Shown: one piece after another, positions 9,170 through 20,041 of the stretch
How the letters are laid out: every line of letters begins with the position of its first letter
Position numbering within the stretch: the stretch's first letter is position 1
Assembly: GCA_977862235.1 (NCBI GenBank)
Contig: OZ374565.1
Location: 124,001-188,000 of the forward strand
Reading direction: 5' to 3'
Source of the DNA: Dudresnaya verticillata
Taxonomy: Eukaryota
Length of the DNA: 64,000 nt
The notes under the pieces: generated by a model
What the model saw: the letters and a program-made list of their open reading frames with translations, nothing else
The model's database searches: none
What the model was told of the DNA's origin: nothing
Position numbers and translations under genes: made by a program

Positions 9170-11170
9170 ATGGGTTGTTTAAACTGGTCTTACGCGGGCG
9201 GCACGGGCCCGTTAGCAGGCACACCAACCCTGAGGGTCAAGTAGCGTTACTTGGTATCGTTACAGAGCACACTGCAGGGGATCTCACTGGGGCGGAAAGT
9301 GGGAGGAGGAGGGCGAAGGGGACCATGGGAATGGGAAAGCAGGCGCGCAGAGATCGTGAATGGCACGAATCGTGGTCGAGATAGTAGCAATATCAACAGT
9401 GGTCTCGTTGGCCATTGACAATTTGTGCAGGGCCCGTGAGTGCGAGCGGAGGGTCGCGCGGTGTGATGGGCTTTGCGGTGGGATAGGGAAGGTGTAAAGG
9501 TGCCAACGGATGGCAAGGAGCTGATCGTGGTAGTCAGGGAGGAGTAGTGATGATTCATGTTTATTGTTGTTTTAGATAGTCCTGCGCAGGCAACAAAGGC
9601 CCATTTGTAGGCGCACCGGCCTTAGGGGCCAAGGTATCAATGAAGGGCGGGCAGGTGGTTACGGGGGTGACAAAGAGAACGGGGGAGGGTGGTCCACTGA
9701 GCATAGGTCACGGATCGCAGCAATCGATAATGAGACTGAGCGGATGTCCGAAGGCTGGAGGGCGTCGTGCAAGAGCTTCGTGAGCTCGAGGGCATGGGCG
9801 CGTAGCGCCCTACGAGAGGAGGGGCAACGGGGTGGGATTGGGAAGGTGCATAAGTGCCATCTGATAGCAAGCAGGCGGTCACGGTGGTCAGGGAGTAGCA
9901 GCGCCGGGGCAAAGCATGATGTGGTGGGGACTGGGGCTTTGCGCGGACCGGGAAATGCAGAGCGCCATTGGGCAACGCAGTCAGCATGCAGGGTGGATGG
10001 GGTCGTCGGGTTCTGGATCGCGTTGCCCTTGGGGAAGGGCGTTTGGGCGTGGCATCGGGACAGGGCGGCAACAGTGGTGGATTGTTGTCAAACAATATTT
10101 CTAAAGCTCACTTGGGGTAATGCGTGGTGGCAGGTAGAACAGGGGAGCATGGGCGCTGAGGGTTATTACGTCGACGGCGATCAGTGTCAGCTCTGGGGCT
10201 GGCCTGCCGGCAACTTATCCTACGGGTTAATAGTTTCTTCTTGGGCGCAAATGGGCCGGATCGACTGGAGAGCGGTTTTCTGGTAGAATGGCAGAGCGCC
10301 AACTCTCTGTAGAAATGAGAAGAGAATGGGGAACATTGCAGGAATTGCTACGGGCCTACCACGGCCCGATGGAATCAGCAACTGCACTCTATGTGTTCGA
10401 ACATTGCGTATAAGTTACGGTGCATGCGAGACCAAGAGCTGGCCATTAGCCGACAACACGAAAAGCTCTGCGGTCTGTGCAAAAAAAACTCCTACGGAAC
10501 TCGGGCGTTTTGTTGCACAGTTTAAAACTGGCCATATGCAGTCACACCGGTCTTGGGCACCAATGCAACAATGGGGGAGTTGCGTATACAGTTGGCAGGT
10601 GGTGTAATCACAGTGGTCACGGGGGCTTATGAGGACGGCGGGAAGGGCTAGTGCCCTTTGCAGAGGTCGCGAATAGCAGCAATCCATAGAGATGAGGATG
10701 TCAGCAGACTGGAGGGTATAATGCGAGAGCTTCGCAAGCTCCATTGCATTGTGGCGTAGGGCCACGCGCCTGGAGGGGCTGCGCGGCGGTATTGGGAACG
10801 TGCATAAGTGCCATTGTATCGCAATCATGCGGTCGCGGTGGTCGGGGAGCAGAAGCGACGTTGTAAACCGCAATGCTGGGACTGATGATTTTGACGGGCC
10901 ACTAATAGCGGATCGTTATTCAACAACACACTCGGCATACAGCGTCGAAGGTGTAGGCGGATTCTAGACCATGTTACACAGCTTCGGGCTGCAAACCTCA
11001 GTGAGGGCAAGGAGAGCGTTCTCGCCGGAGTTTCTCCTACTGAATTTCTTCTCCGATACACAGCTGCGTAGTGACCAATTTCCCATAGCACACCGTCAGC
11101 ACCAGGGCCAAGGACGCCATAAGTATCATAGCATAAGGGCCGTAGTGGGGCATTTATGCAGAACCGGTTC
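9170..11170 (-). mobile_element. Three head-to-tail degenerate fragments, probably 5'-truncated non-LTR retrotransposon 3' ends
   Basis: Minus-strand motifs LLLPDYHDQLLAIRWHLYTFPIP (~9480-9547), LLLPDHRDRLLAIRWHLCTFPIP (~9832-9901) and LLLPDHRDRMIAIQWHLCTFPIP (~10785-10855). Homologous 3' UTR-like segments at ~9175-9250 and ~9565-9640. Boundaries approximate; element class inferred. Confidence 0.5.
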
Positions 11171-11546
11171 GTTTTAGAATGGTTCTGAGAGGGTTCTGAC
11201 CCAGTTGATATTGCCGTTCTCTTGTTAACATACCTTCTCTCTTGGTAGTAGCGTACACTATAAGCTCTTAGTAATCCCCTATAAAGTTCCCCATCCCTCC
11301 TATGTAAACATGCGAATTGCAAGGCTGGGTTTTGGCGATGCAGTTCGAAACTGCCAAACAGGACATGAAAAGCCACGACGGAAAGCATGCTGTGTGTCTG
11401 AGAAGTTCCACTGGACGCTCTCTCTGTTACAATCTCGCTTCTAGGAACTGTTCAAGTTTCTGGAAAGAATCTGGAAGGATTGGTGCATTAGGTTGCCAGC
11501 GTCTGCAGGAGAGCTTTGAGTACATGAGTTGGCAAACGAGTCCGCG

Positions 11547-13622
11547 ATGAGATCGGCAAAACAAGAGATAGCCGCCAAAAGGTTGCCACATATCCAAGGC
11601 ATAAGAGCACTATGCCTCGTCTACGTGTTGCTCTTTCACTTTGAAATCGGGGGTGCGCAATTGGGCTTTCTTGGTGTGGACATGTTCTTCGTCATTTCTG
11701 GATATGTCATGACGAACGCAATTTGCAAGAAGCTGTTTCGGGATGAGTTTAGTATGAAACAATTCATCGTGAGTAGATACTGGAGGTTATGTCCTACACT
11801 CTTCATGACATGTGCTCTTACTCTGCTCTTCTTCTACCAAATCTTAGAGCCCGTTCAGTTTCTGGAAGTTGAATGGGCAGCGCTCTCCTCAGTTTTGGGT
11901 GTACAGAACATACGTGAAATGGTAAAGCAAGAAGATTATTTTGCAACGCCGTCAAAAGCAAAACCTTTGCTGCACGTTTGGTCCCTTTCATTGGAACAAC
12001 AGTTTTATGGGGTTTATTCGGTCGGACTGGTAGTGCTTCACAGATTTGTGCGCAATACGCGATATCCAAGGGAATGCCTTTCTGCTCTCGTGGTATTGAC
12101 ATCTGCGCTTTTCCTGGTCTTTGGAACCCTTCTCATAGACTACTACCCGAGTTGCAACTTTTACTTCTTATTCCATAGGTTTTATGAATTTGGACTAGGG
12201 TGTACTCTGTTCTTACTCCGCGCGCCAAACTTGGAAGCTGAGAATACATTCCTAGTCGCTCGCTTCCAGAGTCCCAAATTCTTGAAGGAGATTTTCGTTT
12301 GTTCTGCATTGCTAGTTCCAACCATACAGGTTTTCAACTTGTTGCCAAAGCATGAGCTTCTGCAGTTGCGTATTTGGAGTTTATTGTCTGTGTGCATTCT
12401 TATCGATTGTCCCGAAAGTCATATTTCTTCTCTTCTGCTTTCCAACAGGGTTGCCGTGGCAATTGGAGAAGCATCGTACACTGTCTATCTTCTTCATCTT
12501 CCAATATGGGTCTGGCTTTCGTCTATTTTCTCTTGTGCTAGATTTCAGCAACTTCGCCTTTCCTTCGTTTTGTTGAGTCTTATTGCATCTTCCTTGTTCA
12601 TGTTCTGGTGTATCGAAAAGCCTTTTCGGTCGAAGAAAGGCCCTCCTTTTGGTGGATTCTCTGTAGCGTGTGTCCTGCTGTTCATTGCGGTCTTCTGGCA
12701 TGCGTCTTCTCAAAACTCCGGTGGAGAGTTCCATTTCGACTCTAAACGAGTCGGTGATTTGGTTTTCGATTGGCGCACCGGACACGACGAATTGTTTCCC
12801 GTACCCGATACGATTACTCGAAAAGACCGTCTATCGCAACTGGTATACGAGAACGGCGAGTTGGTGACACAGAATCCAAACGCTTTTAACACGAACGCCA
12901 TGGTCATCGGCAACTCATTTGGGCTACACACTGCTGACGGTATGCGCATAGCTTCCGGCAAGTGGGGAAAGAAGATAATCTTTGAGACGATGCTAGGGTG
13001 TTCTTTCGATTTACCAGGCAGAGGGAAGAGCGGTGGCAATTGCGAGGCGTCAAATGAATTCATATATAATGCAGTTATGCTAGTACAGCCCAAAGTGTTA
13101 TTCATAGGTTCAAGATGGGAAGGGTATGTGAAGTCTGACAAACTGGATGCAAAGTCAGAAATGCCGCTACGAATGAAAGAGCATTTTGAGACTCTATCAC
13201 TCAACTTTTCGAGGGTAGTGTCAAAAGTGGTTTTTATTGGGACGACACCGTCGTATGCAGCTTTCCGAAAACACAAGCATTGCCGGCATTTGCAAGGAAC
13301 AATATTCAAGGATTTGGTTTCGAATGTTGAAGCTAAGAAGCGAACGTACGCCTCGCAGCCGCGTTTCTGGAAGACGAACGTCTTAATGAGGAGATACTTT
13401 GAGTCTACTGAAGCACCAAAAAATGCTGAGTTTCTGGATATATTTCAGATTGCTTGTCAGAACACAAAGAACGTTTGCAACTTTGATGTAGCGAGAGATG
13501 TTTCTGTTCCCAGTGAGGTGCAGGGTGAGAAAGACAGACTTGCACTCTGGGATGATGGGGTACACCTTTCGTTATGGGGTTCTTGGGCAGTTGGTATGCA
13601 TTTGCATCGGGTCTTACAATGA
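11547..13622 (+). CDS. Acyltransferase-3 (OafA/OatA/YrhL-like) membrane O-acyltransferase fused to an SGNH domain
   Basis: IQGIRAL..V..FH, GVDMFFVISGY, LLHVWSLSLEQQFY and IGEASYTVYLLHLP motifs, multiple TM segments; C-terminal GNS...DGVH SGNH motifs. First ATG at 11547; intronless. Confidence 0.92.
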   Translation: MRSAKQEIAAKRLPHIQGIRALCLVYVLLFHFEIGGAQLGFLGVDMFFVISGYVMTNAICKKLFRDEFSMKQFIVSRYWRLCPTLFMTCALTLLFFYQILEPVQFLEVEWAALSSVLGVQNIREMVKQEDYFATPSKAKPLLHVWSLSLEQQFYGVYSVGLVVLHRFVRNTRYPRECLSALVVLTSALFLVFGTLLIDYYPSCNFYFLFHRFYEFGLGCTLFLLRAPNLEAENTFLVARFQSPKFLKEIFVCSALLVPTIQVFNLLPKHELLQLRIWSLLSVCILIDCPESHISSLLLSNRVAVAIGEASYTVYLLHLPIWVWLSSIFSCARFQQLRLSFVLLSLIASSLFMFWCIEKPFRSKKGPPFGGFSVACVLLFIAVFWHASSQNSGGEFHFDSKRVGDLVFDWRTGHDELFPVPDTITRKDRLSQLVYENGELVTQNPNAFNTNAMVIGNSFGLHTADGMRIASGKWGKKIIFETMLGCSFDLPGRGKSGGNCEASNEFIYNAVMLVQPKVLFIGSRWEGYVKSDKLDAKSEMPLRMKEHFETLSLNFSRVVSKVVFIGTTPSYAAFRKHKHCRHLQGTIFKDLVSNVEAKKRTYASQPRFWKTNVLMRRYFESTEAPKNAEFLDIFQIACQNTKNVCNFDVARDVSVPSEVQGEKDRLALWDDGVHLSLWGSWAVGMHLHRVLQ

Positions 13623-14083
13623 TTTCAGTTGTAACGATCGGAGCTGTTTCATGAAGCAAGCTCAGGTGTGCGCGACGGGGCAGGGACTTCCATAGTGAGA
13701 GTAAATCATAACGCTTATCAGATCTTCCCACCCATCGACCCGATACGGTTAGAATAACCCACAACCCGTACGTGCGGGTGTGCTCCACACAAAGAGTTCG
13801 AAATGACAGGGTGAGAAACTGCAAATTGAATGGTCCTTTGACTTTACTCCATTACCTCCCGTCTCCAGCGCGGTCCGATTTCCCGGCTGCCTATACTATC
13901 TACCACGATGAGCTATTGGCCTGAACTGACGGTGTCTATTTCATGATTTCATTCCTCTAAACATGTTAATTCCGGGCTTTTTTAGCCTGAAGAGTTCCTA
14001 AACCCCATATTGCTAAACTGACATCACTGGGCATACGACTTCAACTTGACGTGAAAAGCATTATCCTAACCCGAATCCAAACT

Positions 14084-15037
14084 TTAGATGATCTGCCCGG
14101 CGCTTCCTTTGTGTGTGCGGACAAAGATGTCGGTACTGCCGTATTTCCTGGATATTACAGCTGGAGAAAGAGAAAAATATTCATTGATATTAACCCATGA
14201 TTTTTTCCATTGACCTTTGATCATCTCCAGATAGTAAAGCACGTTGTTGGTTCCTTTTACATACACTCGAAGATGGTTTTTGTCCCAAGAAGCCACTGCG
14301 GGACCGGAAGTTGATATCCCGCCAAGATTTTTCCAGCCTGACCACCCGCCGTTAAAGAGACTGAACGTTTGGTAGAAGAGATTACCATTGCTCGCGATTG
14401 CAAAGAGATCCGTACTTCCCCATTGCCGCGATATTGCTGCGGGCTTGTAAAGCCAGTAACGATTATTTTGGTTCGGAACCTGATACCAGGAACCCCACTT
14501 TCCACTGAAGGCAGCCCTGTTCATAATTAAGTTTTTGCTGTTAAGAGCGAAAATATCCAGATGACTTGCTCCCCAGGATGACAAAGCGGGTGCAGACCAA
14601 CATGTTCCAAAGGGACTCCAGTTGCCCCAAGTTTTGCCGTCAAAATAGAGCTGATATAAGACATTGTTATTCCCGCGAACAAAAAGATCGATAGTCCGAT
14701 AGGATCTTGAAATCGCAGCGGGATCAGAACTCGCTGTGATGAATTTGAGCTGAGTCCATATTGTCCAGCCATTTTGATCCCAAGATCTCGTTATCACTTG
14801 GCCATAGTAGCTTTTGGCAAACAAATCTAGTCGGTGTACGCCCCAGGATGAAACGGCCGGCGAAGATCTAATTTGTGTTCCCCAATCGAATAATACAGAC
14901 GAACGGCTAGAGGAAATTGGAAGAGTATCGTTACCCGGGACCTGGGCTTTGAAATTGGCTGCCTCTCCACTCGTGCATGCTGAACTGAGCACAACTGCAA
15001 TGGAAACCAGAAACATAGATTTCAATGGGTCTTCCAT
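14084..15037 (-). CDS. Secreted Trp-rich beta-propeller protein (PLL/fucose-binding lectin-like repeats)
   Basis: Signal-peptide-like MFLVSIAVVLSSAC. About six repeats of S.PA..S.....DLF..G.N..L......G.W..W. Start taken at MEDPL (15037). Confidence 0.8.
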   Translation of the reverse strand: MEDPLKSMFLVSIAVVLSSACTSGEAANFKAQVPGNDTLPISSSRSSVLFDWGTQIRSSPAVSSWGVHRLDLFAKSYYGQVITRSWDQNGWTIWTQLKFITASSDPAAISRSYRTIDLFVRGNNNVLYQLYFDGKTWGNWSPFGTCWSAPALSSWGASHLDIFALNSKNLIMNRAAFSGKWGSWYQVPNQNNRYWLYKPAAISRQWGSTDLFAIASNGNLFYQTFSLFNGGWSGWKNLGGISTSGPAVASWDKNHLRVYVKGTNNVLYYLEMIKGQWKKSWVNINEYFSLSPAVISRKYGSTDIFVRTHKGSAGQII

Positions 15038-18000
15038 TTTACGCAGAAGAACACAAATGCTCAAGGATGTTCCTGTGTAGAGTAGAATGAAGCCAGGCAC
15101 GGACTGAACTTTCCAGGTGGGAGGGTGGCATGGATTGCGGTTGCCTTCTCTCTTCCTTAAATACTGTTGTTGACAAGGATACGCAGGACAAAAAGTCTTT
15201 GGTAGTTTATGTCCGAGATATGAACCTGAAATCAGAAGGATTGGTGCTGCCGATTGTTGTTGGACCGAGTCATGGGATTTTCTTGCGGATGGAAATGGAG
15301 TCATACTCAGCAAACAATGCGATGAATTCTATACAATGCCACTGCTAATTGCATTGCGGATGAAAAGAATATTCCAATTGCCTATGCAGAAACGCTTGTA
15401 TAGCTCTGCAAATATCTTTTTCCATCTCAGGGAATCGCACAGAGAATGCAGTTCCATTGCACAGAGAGGCTGCTTTTGTCGCGTTTCACACTTGATGCTT
15501 CCAACACCCTCTGTCTAACACTACTCCTGAATAGCACTGCTATTAACATTAGTTTACTATCGACTTCAGCACAGTGTTCTACTTTTTACTGAATGATTTG
15601 AGCGGTTTCGAAGAGACTTTTGGCAACGAAGACAAGGCTGGAATACCGGCAGTAGGGAGTTTCATATGTACGACAATAGGCAGACTGAATCATATCGATA
15701 CATCTCAGAGATCGACTTGAGATTCCTTTCGACAATGCAACGCTGCGAAGCAGTGACAGTTTGGCTTTGGATTGTTTGCGTTTGTCACTTCGTACGTTGT
15801 TCCCAAGCTTCTCGTTTGCTAATGATGCTTCTGAGGAGGGTGAGAATCATCACCCTGGGCGCCCGAGCATGCTCATTCGGCTATCAAGTTTCACTGTGTG
15901 CACACGATTTTTGCGGTAGTGCCAAGGCTCGCAATGAAATGATTTGCTGGCACTAAGTCCCATGTTGTCTGTTACGTGAAGATCTCCATCATCTGTTACA
16001 TGAGCGGAGGAAGTATCTCCAAGCAACGAACCTCCAGGTTGTAATCTTCTCCACACTGTCAGGAGCCAGTGGTGCAGTTTCGTACAGAACTGTATCTGAT
16101 CGATACTACCAATAGTTTAAGGTAGACTCGCGAGAGTATCTCGAAGAAGGAAACGCCTTCTAAACATGAAGGCATCCATTCACCAAGTAGTGAAGCTTCT
16201 ACGAAATACTGCTATTAGATGCAGCTTCGCATAAAACAATACTCTAGTAGCTGACGCATTCCATCGGCGGAAATCAGGACAGAATACATATCTAGTACAG
16301 GGAAAGACTCCTTGCAGTGCGTCTCGCATTTGATGCTTCCAACAGTGTGTGCTAATGCGCTGCATGCATTGAAAAAATACTTGAACTCGATTGCTGGATG
16401 AATCTGTTCTAGCTCTCGAGACACGCACAAGATACCTTGGGCCTTAGTCGCCCGCGTGAGACCACCTTAAACAAGCAGTAAAAGTTTACCATCACAAGAT
16501 AAGAAACAAGAAACTTTCTATAGATGCAGGATACTATGGATTGTTTCTTTTGCCATACCCCACCCCTCGAACCACCCATACACACTATCAGAATGCAAGA
16601 CGCACACCGGCACGAACGTAGTAAGCATCCTCCTCTTTTTCAATCTATGAAGTTCTCCATCATCTCTTGTGATTAGCACCTAGTTCTTTAAAACAACAGG
16701 CTTATGTCAAACTGTCTTTTGGAAGGTACTTCGAGTTACTTCTCAGCATTTTCAGGTCGTTTGAGAAAGTTGCGCCGACACGGAAGGCAGCAGTGGTATG
16801 CCAGTCGTTGGGTTTTCCATATTCATGATTTACATACTGACTCTGCTAGTAATACATTTGAAATGATTTGTTGGCGACAAAAGCAAGGGGGTCTGGACTC
16901 TTAACTCTACATTGAAGTACGTATCACAATGCGCACGGCGCAACCAAGACGAAATCGACGCTGGCACACCTGCAATGGCCACTGACGTAAGTGAGTTGCT
17001 TGCGCGGGCTGCCGGTGCGAGTACGGCACTCCGTGCGCTGCTGTGTTTCAGGTGCACAGGTGTCGTTCGATTGCAAAGGAGTATTCAACACAAATAGGAC
17101 GGAGACCCAACTTACGAAGTTCCAACGCATTGAAAGCACGGAGTGAGTTGTGACTACGAATCGCACCCCTCACGAAGCTCATGATGTTCGGTGCCTTATC
17201 TTTGTTTAGGGCGTGTACGAGAGTGGGGCGGCTTCGTAGTAGAAACGTGCTTTGCGCTGAGCAAAATAAATTGCGTGGAGTTGCTGCCGTACAGCTGTTG
17301 CTTGTTTGGATATGCTGGCATTGCGTGGTCTGAACGCAAGTTAGATCAGTTCGGTGGTATATAAACAGGTCAATGTGTAGTTTAGAGTAACAGACATCTT
17401 TAGGTCCGTTCAGGACTCGGGTCGTTACAAGTGTCGTTCAGTTTCCTACTGCCCAGTCTCCCTAGATGGAACGATCACAACTTTCAGACAGCAAATATCA
17501 GGGTGAATCGAGTTGGAGGTCTTTTAAAAGCGTTTAATACTGCTCTCCTTTCCGCCACAATACAAAGACAGCATTGTTAAATCTCGGCATCACGTTTGTC
17601 CCGCTCGAGAACCACATGCTTCGTGACGAGAAAGTGTGGAAAGCAGGTATTGCGGCGGATTGTGCACGCATGTTCCGGTCTGTTCTGCGAATGTTGTTGA
17701 GTCGAATATGGGCACACGGGTCGTGGTTGGTGTTGCTTGGGTTGTTTTGGTGATAGTATACTGTTACTCAACCGGCAGCTGGGGCCTATGAGCTAACACA
17801 CTACGCGTTGGGCTAAGGAGGTTTTGGTGGCGCAAACGGGAGAAGAGCTTGTTCATTAGTACGATTCAGGACGGCATAGAGGCGTGCGGACGACCCTTCC
17901 GGCATCGTGAGCTGAGCGTCTGATTTACAATTATTTACAATTAAAAAACCGCTACCTGCGTCGGGTTCGGTGCATCATCAAGCGCGAAGGAGGTCTCCAA

Positions 18001-18519
18001 CACGTTACGCTTCCTGCTCGCGTCTCCTTTCTCCTATACCTCTCACAAAGGTATATGCTACTTCCTGATCCAACGCAAGCCTGGTCCAGGCACAGAGTCA
18101 ACGCAGCCAAAAAAAAGGCATGCTACCCGGCGCAACGGACAAACCGTGCCTTGGCTTTAGAGGCGCTCTCCTATGCTATGGACGCACGAGCTTTGCTCTA
18201 CTCCCTTGCCACATGCAGCTGCTAGGCCATATCCACAGTCTGTACTCCCGTCACACGCTTCCACAACTCGTCGATGCTTTGCAAAAAGGTGCTGGTGTCC
18301 CTCTGCCGGGCCTGCGAGCTCGCGTTCGGTAGCAACAACAAGGACAGGTGCGTGAATCCACACGTTGGGCGATACGGAGGACGCTAACAGCCACGCTCAT
18401 GTCTCGGTGTGCAGGAGCGGCAGCTCATGGCATGAGTGCTTGCGCGAATACACGGGCATAGTTGCAGTGGCGAGTTGCGAGAGCTATTGTACAAAAGCCA
18501 AAACTCGCATAGTAAGCGG

Positions 18520-19152
18520 TCAGGCTGCGGTGTAGTGGTCAGACAGGCTAGCGCGGGACGGAGCAGGGCTCGCGCGGCGCTGACAGCGGGTGCGCGGAGA
18601 GGCGGGGTTTGCTCGGCGGACGAGTGAGGCCAGGGCATTCTTGCAGGCGCGCAGCGGGGTGGTTGGGGTGCGACGCGTGTGGGAGGCGGTGGACGAGTCG
18701 GTGATGGTGGTCGGGGCGACCGGGTGCATGGTGAAGAGAGGGGCCGGGGCGGGGGCGGGGGCGGGGGCGGTTCGGGGTGTTGCGTGGGATGGGGGTGTGC
18801 TGGGTGGTGATGGGATTGATGGGGCAGAGGGCGGTGGGCTTTGGGTGTGACGGGATGGGCCAGACGGGCGGGATGGGCGCAAAGGGGTGGTTTGGGATGG
18901 TGGGGGAGGTGTTTGCGGGGGGGTGGGAGGTTGGGGTCGGCGAGGGCGGCGGGATAGCGTGCGGGTTAAGTAGCGCGTGAGGCGCGGTTGTTCGTGTTGT
19001 TGTTGTTGTTGTTGTTGTGGGGGTAGGCGGCGAGTGTGGTAGAGGTGCAAGGCGAACAGGACGAGCGGGAGGAGGACCAGGGCCTTGAGAGTCTCGCGGA
19101 GAAGGGTGTAGAGCAGGCGAAGGAGGGTGAGCAGCGCGGGGAGGAGGGGCAT
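18520..19152 (-). CDS. Hypothetical Pro/Gln-rich protein with hydrophobic N-terminus
   Basis: ATG 19152 (MPLLPALLTLL...), hydrophobic segment, polyQ from (TTG)n, Pro-rich tail. No recognisable domain. Confidence 0.5.
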   Translation of the reverse strand: MPLLPALLTLLRLLYTLLRETLKALVLLPLVLFALHLYHTRRLPPQQQQQQQHEQPRLTRYLTRTLSRRPRRPQPPTPPQTPPPPSQTTPLRPSRPSGPSRHTQSPPPSAPSIPSPPSTPPSHATPRTAPAPAPAPAPLFTMHPVAPTTITDSSTASHTRRTPTTPLRACKNALASLVRRANPASPRTRCQRRASPAPSRASLSDHYTAA

Positions 19153-19390
19153 CTGGGGGGGGGGGGGGGGGGTTGGAGGGGTTGGAGGGGTTGGAGATGG
19201 AGGGGCGGGGACGGGGACGGGGACGGGGGGGGGGGGCGAGGGGATAAGTTTGGGCTCTTTTAGTGTGGAACGCGCGGATGGAGCGGCAGCAAGGACCGGT
19301 GCACGCGTTGTAAGGCGCGTACTTGTGCGCGTGCTATTGGCTATTGGCTGACATGTGTAAGCGCCCAAAGCGGCGCCGAAGCGCAACGGC

Positions 19391-20041
19391 TCAGCGCCGG
19401 CGGCACGCGCGGTTGCGGCACACCAGACGCTTGTCGCACACGTCGAACGAGTTCTTCCCGCACCGCTGCCCGACGCTCTTCCTCCGGAAACACCGCCGGT
19501 CGCCGGCGCGCCCGACGCAGCTGAGCGGCGCCGGGCACTCGACAAAGCGCTCGTCGCACGAGCTGCCGCGCGCCACGCGCAGCGCGCGGCACTTGCCGCG
19601 CGCGCACCGCAGCCCCTTGCGGCACCGCAGCAGCGCCGGCCCGCACCGCTGCCCGCGCCGCCGCAGCGCCACGCACTGCTTGCGCCGCGCGCCCAGGCAC
19701 ACCAGCCCGCGTGGGCACCGCCGCTCCGCCTTGTCGCACGCAGACCCCGCGCCGATCGCCTCCTGGCGGCACACCCCCCGCACGCACTCCAGCCCCCGCG
19801 CGCACACCTGGAACTGCCCACCGCCGCACGCGTCGCGCAGCGACAGCGGCACCACGCACTTCTTCCGCGCGTTCCCGGCGCACACCAGCCGCCCGGCGCA
19901 GGAAACCGTCGGAGGGTCGCACGTCTCCCCGCGCCCGACACTCGTCTCCGGCTCAACCGTCGTGTCTTGACCGCGACAAACCTCAACTGTCAACATCATC
20001 GCGGCCAACACAAACATCATCGAACACATCTGCCTTCTCAT
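19391..20041 (-). CDS. Secreted cationic cysteine-rich repeat protein (216 aa)
   Basis: Signal peptide followed by six ~30-aa four-Cys repeats (G..C...C..GL.C...C); Arg-rich. Confidence 0.78.
   Translation of the reverse strand: MRRQMCSMMFVLAAMMLTVEVCRGQDTTVEPETSVGRGETCDPPTVSCAGRLVCAGNARKKCVVPLSLRDACGGGQFQVCARGLECVRGVCRQEAIGAGSACDKAERRCPRGLVCLGARRKQCVALRRRGQRCGPALLRCRKGLRCARGKCRALRVARGSSCDERFVECPAPLSCVGRAGDRRCFRRKSVGQRCGKNSFDVCDKRLVCRNRACRRR

Noticed and set aside
17384..17770. GAGTAACA / TGTTACTC possible LTR ends, with an AGTATACT palindrome at 17755-17762
   Set aside because: No paired LTR, TSD or coding remnant; an 8-bp palindrome can occur by chance.
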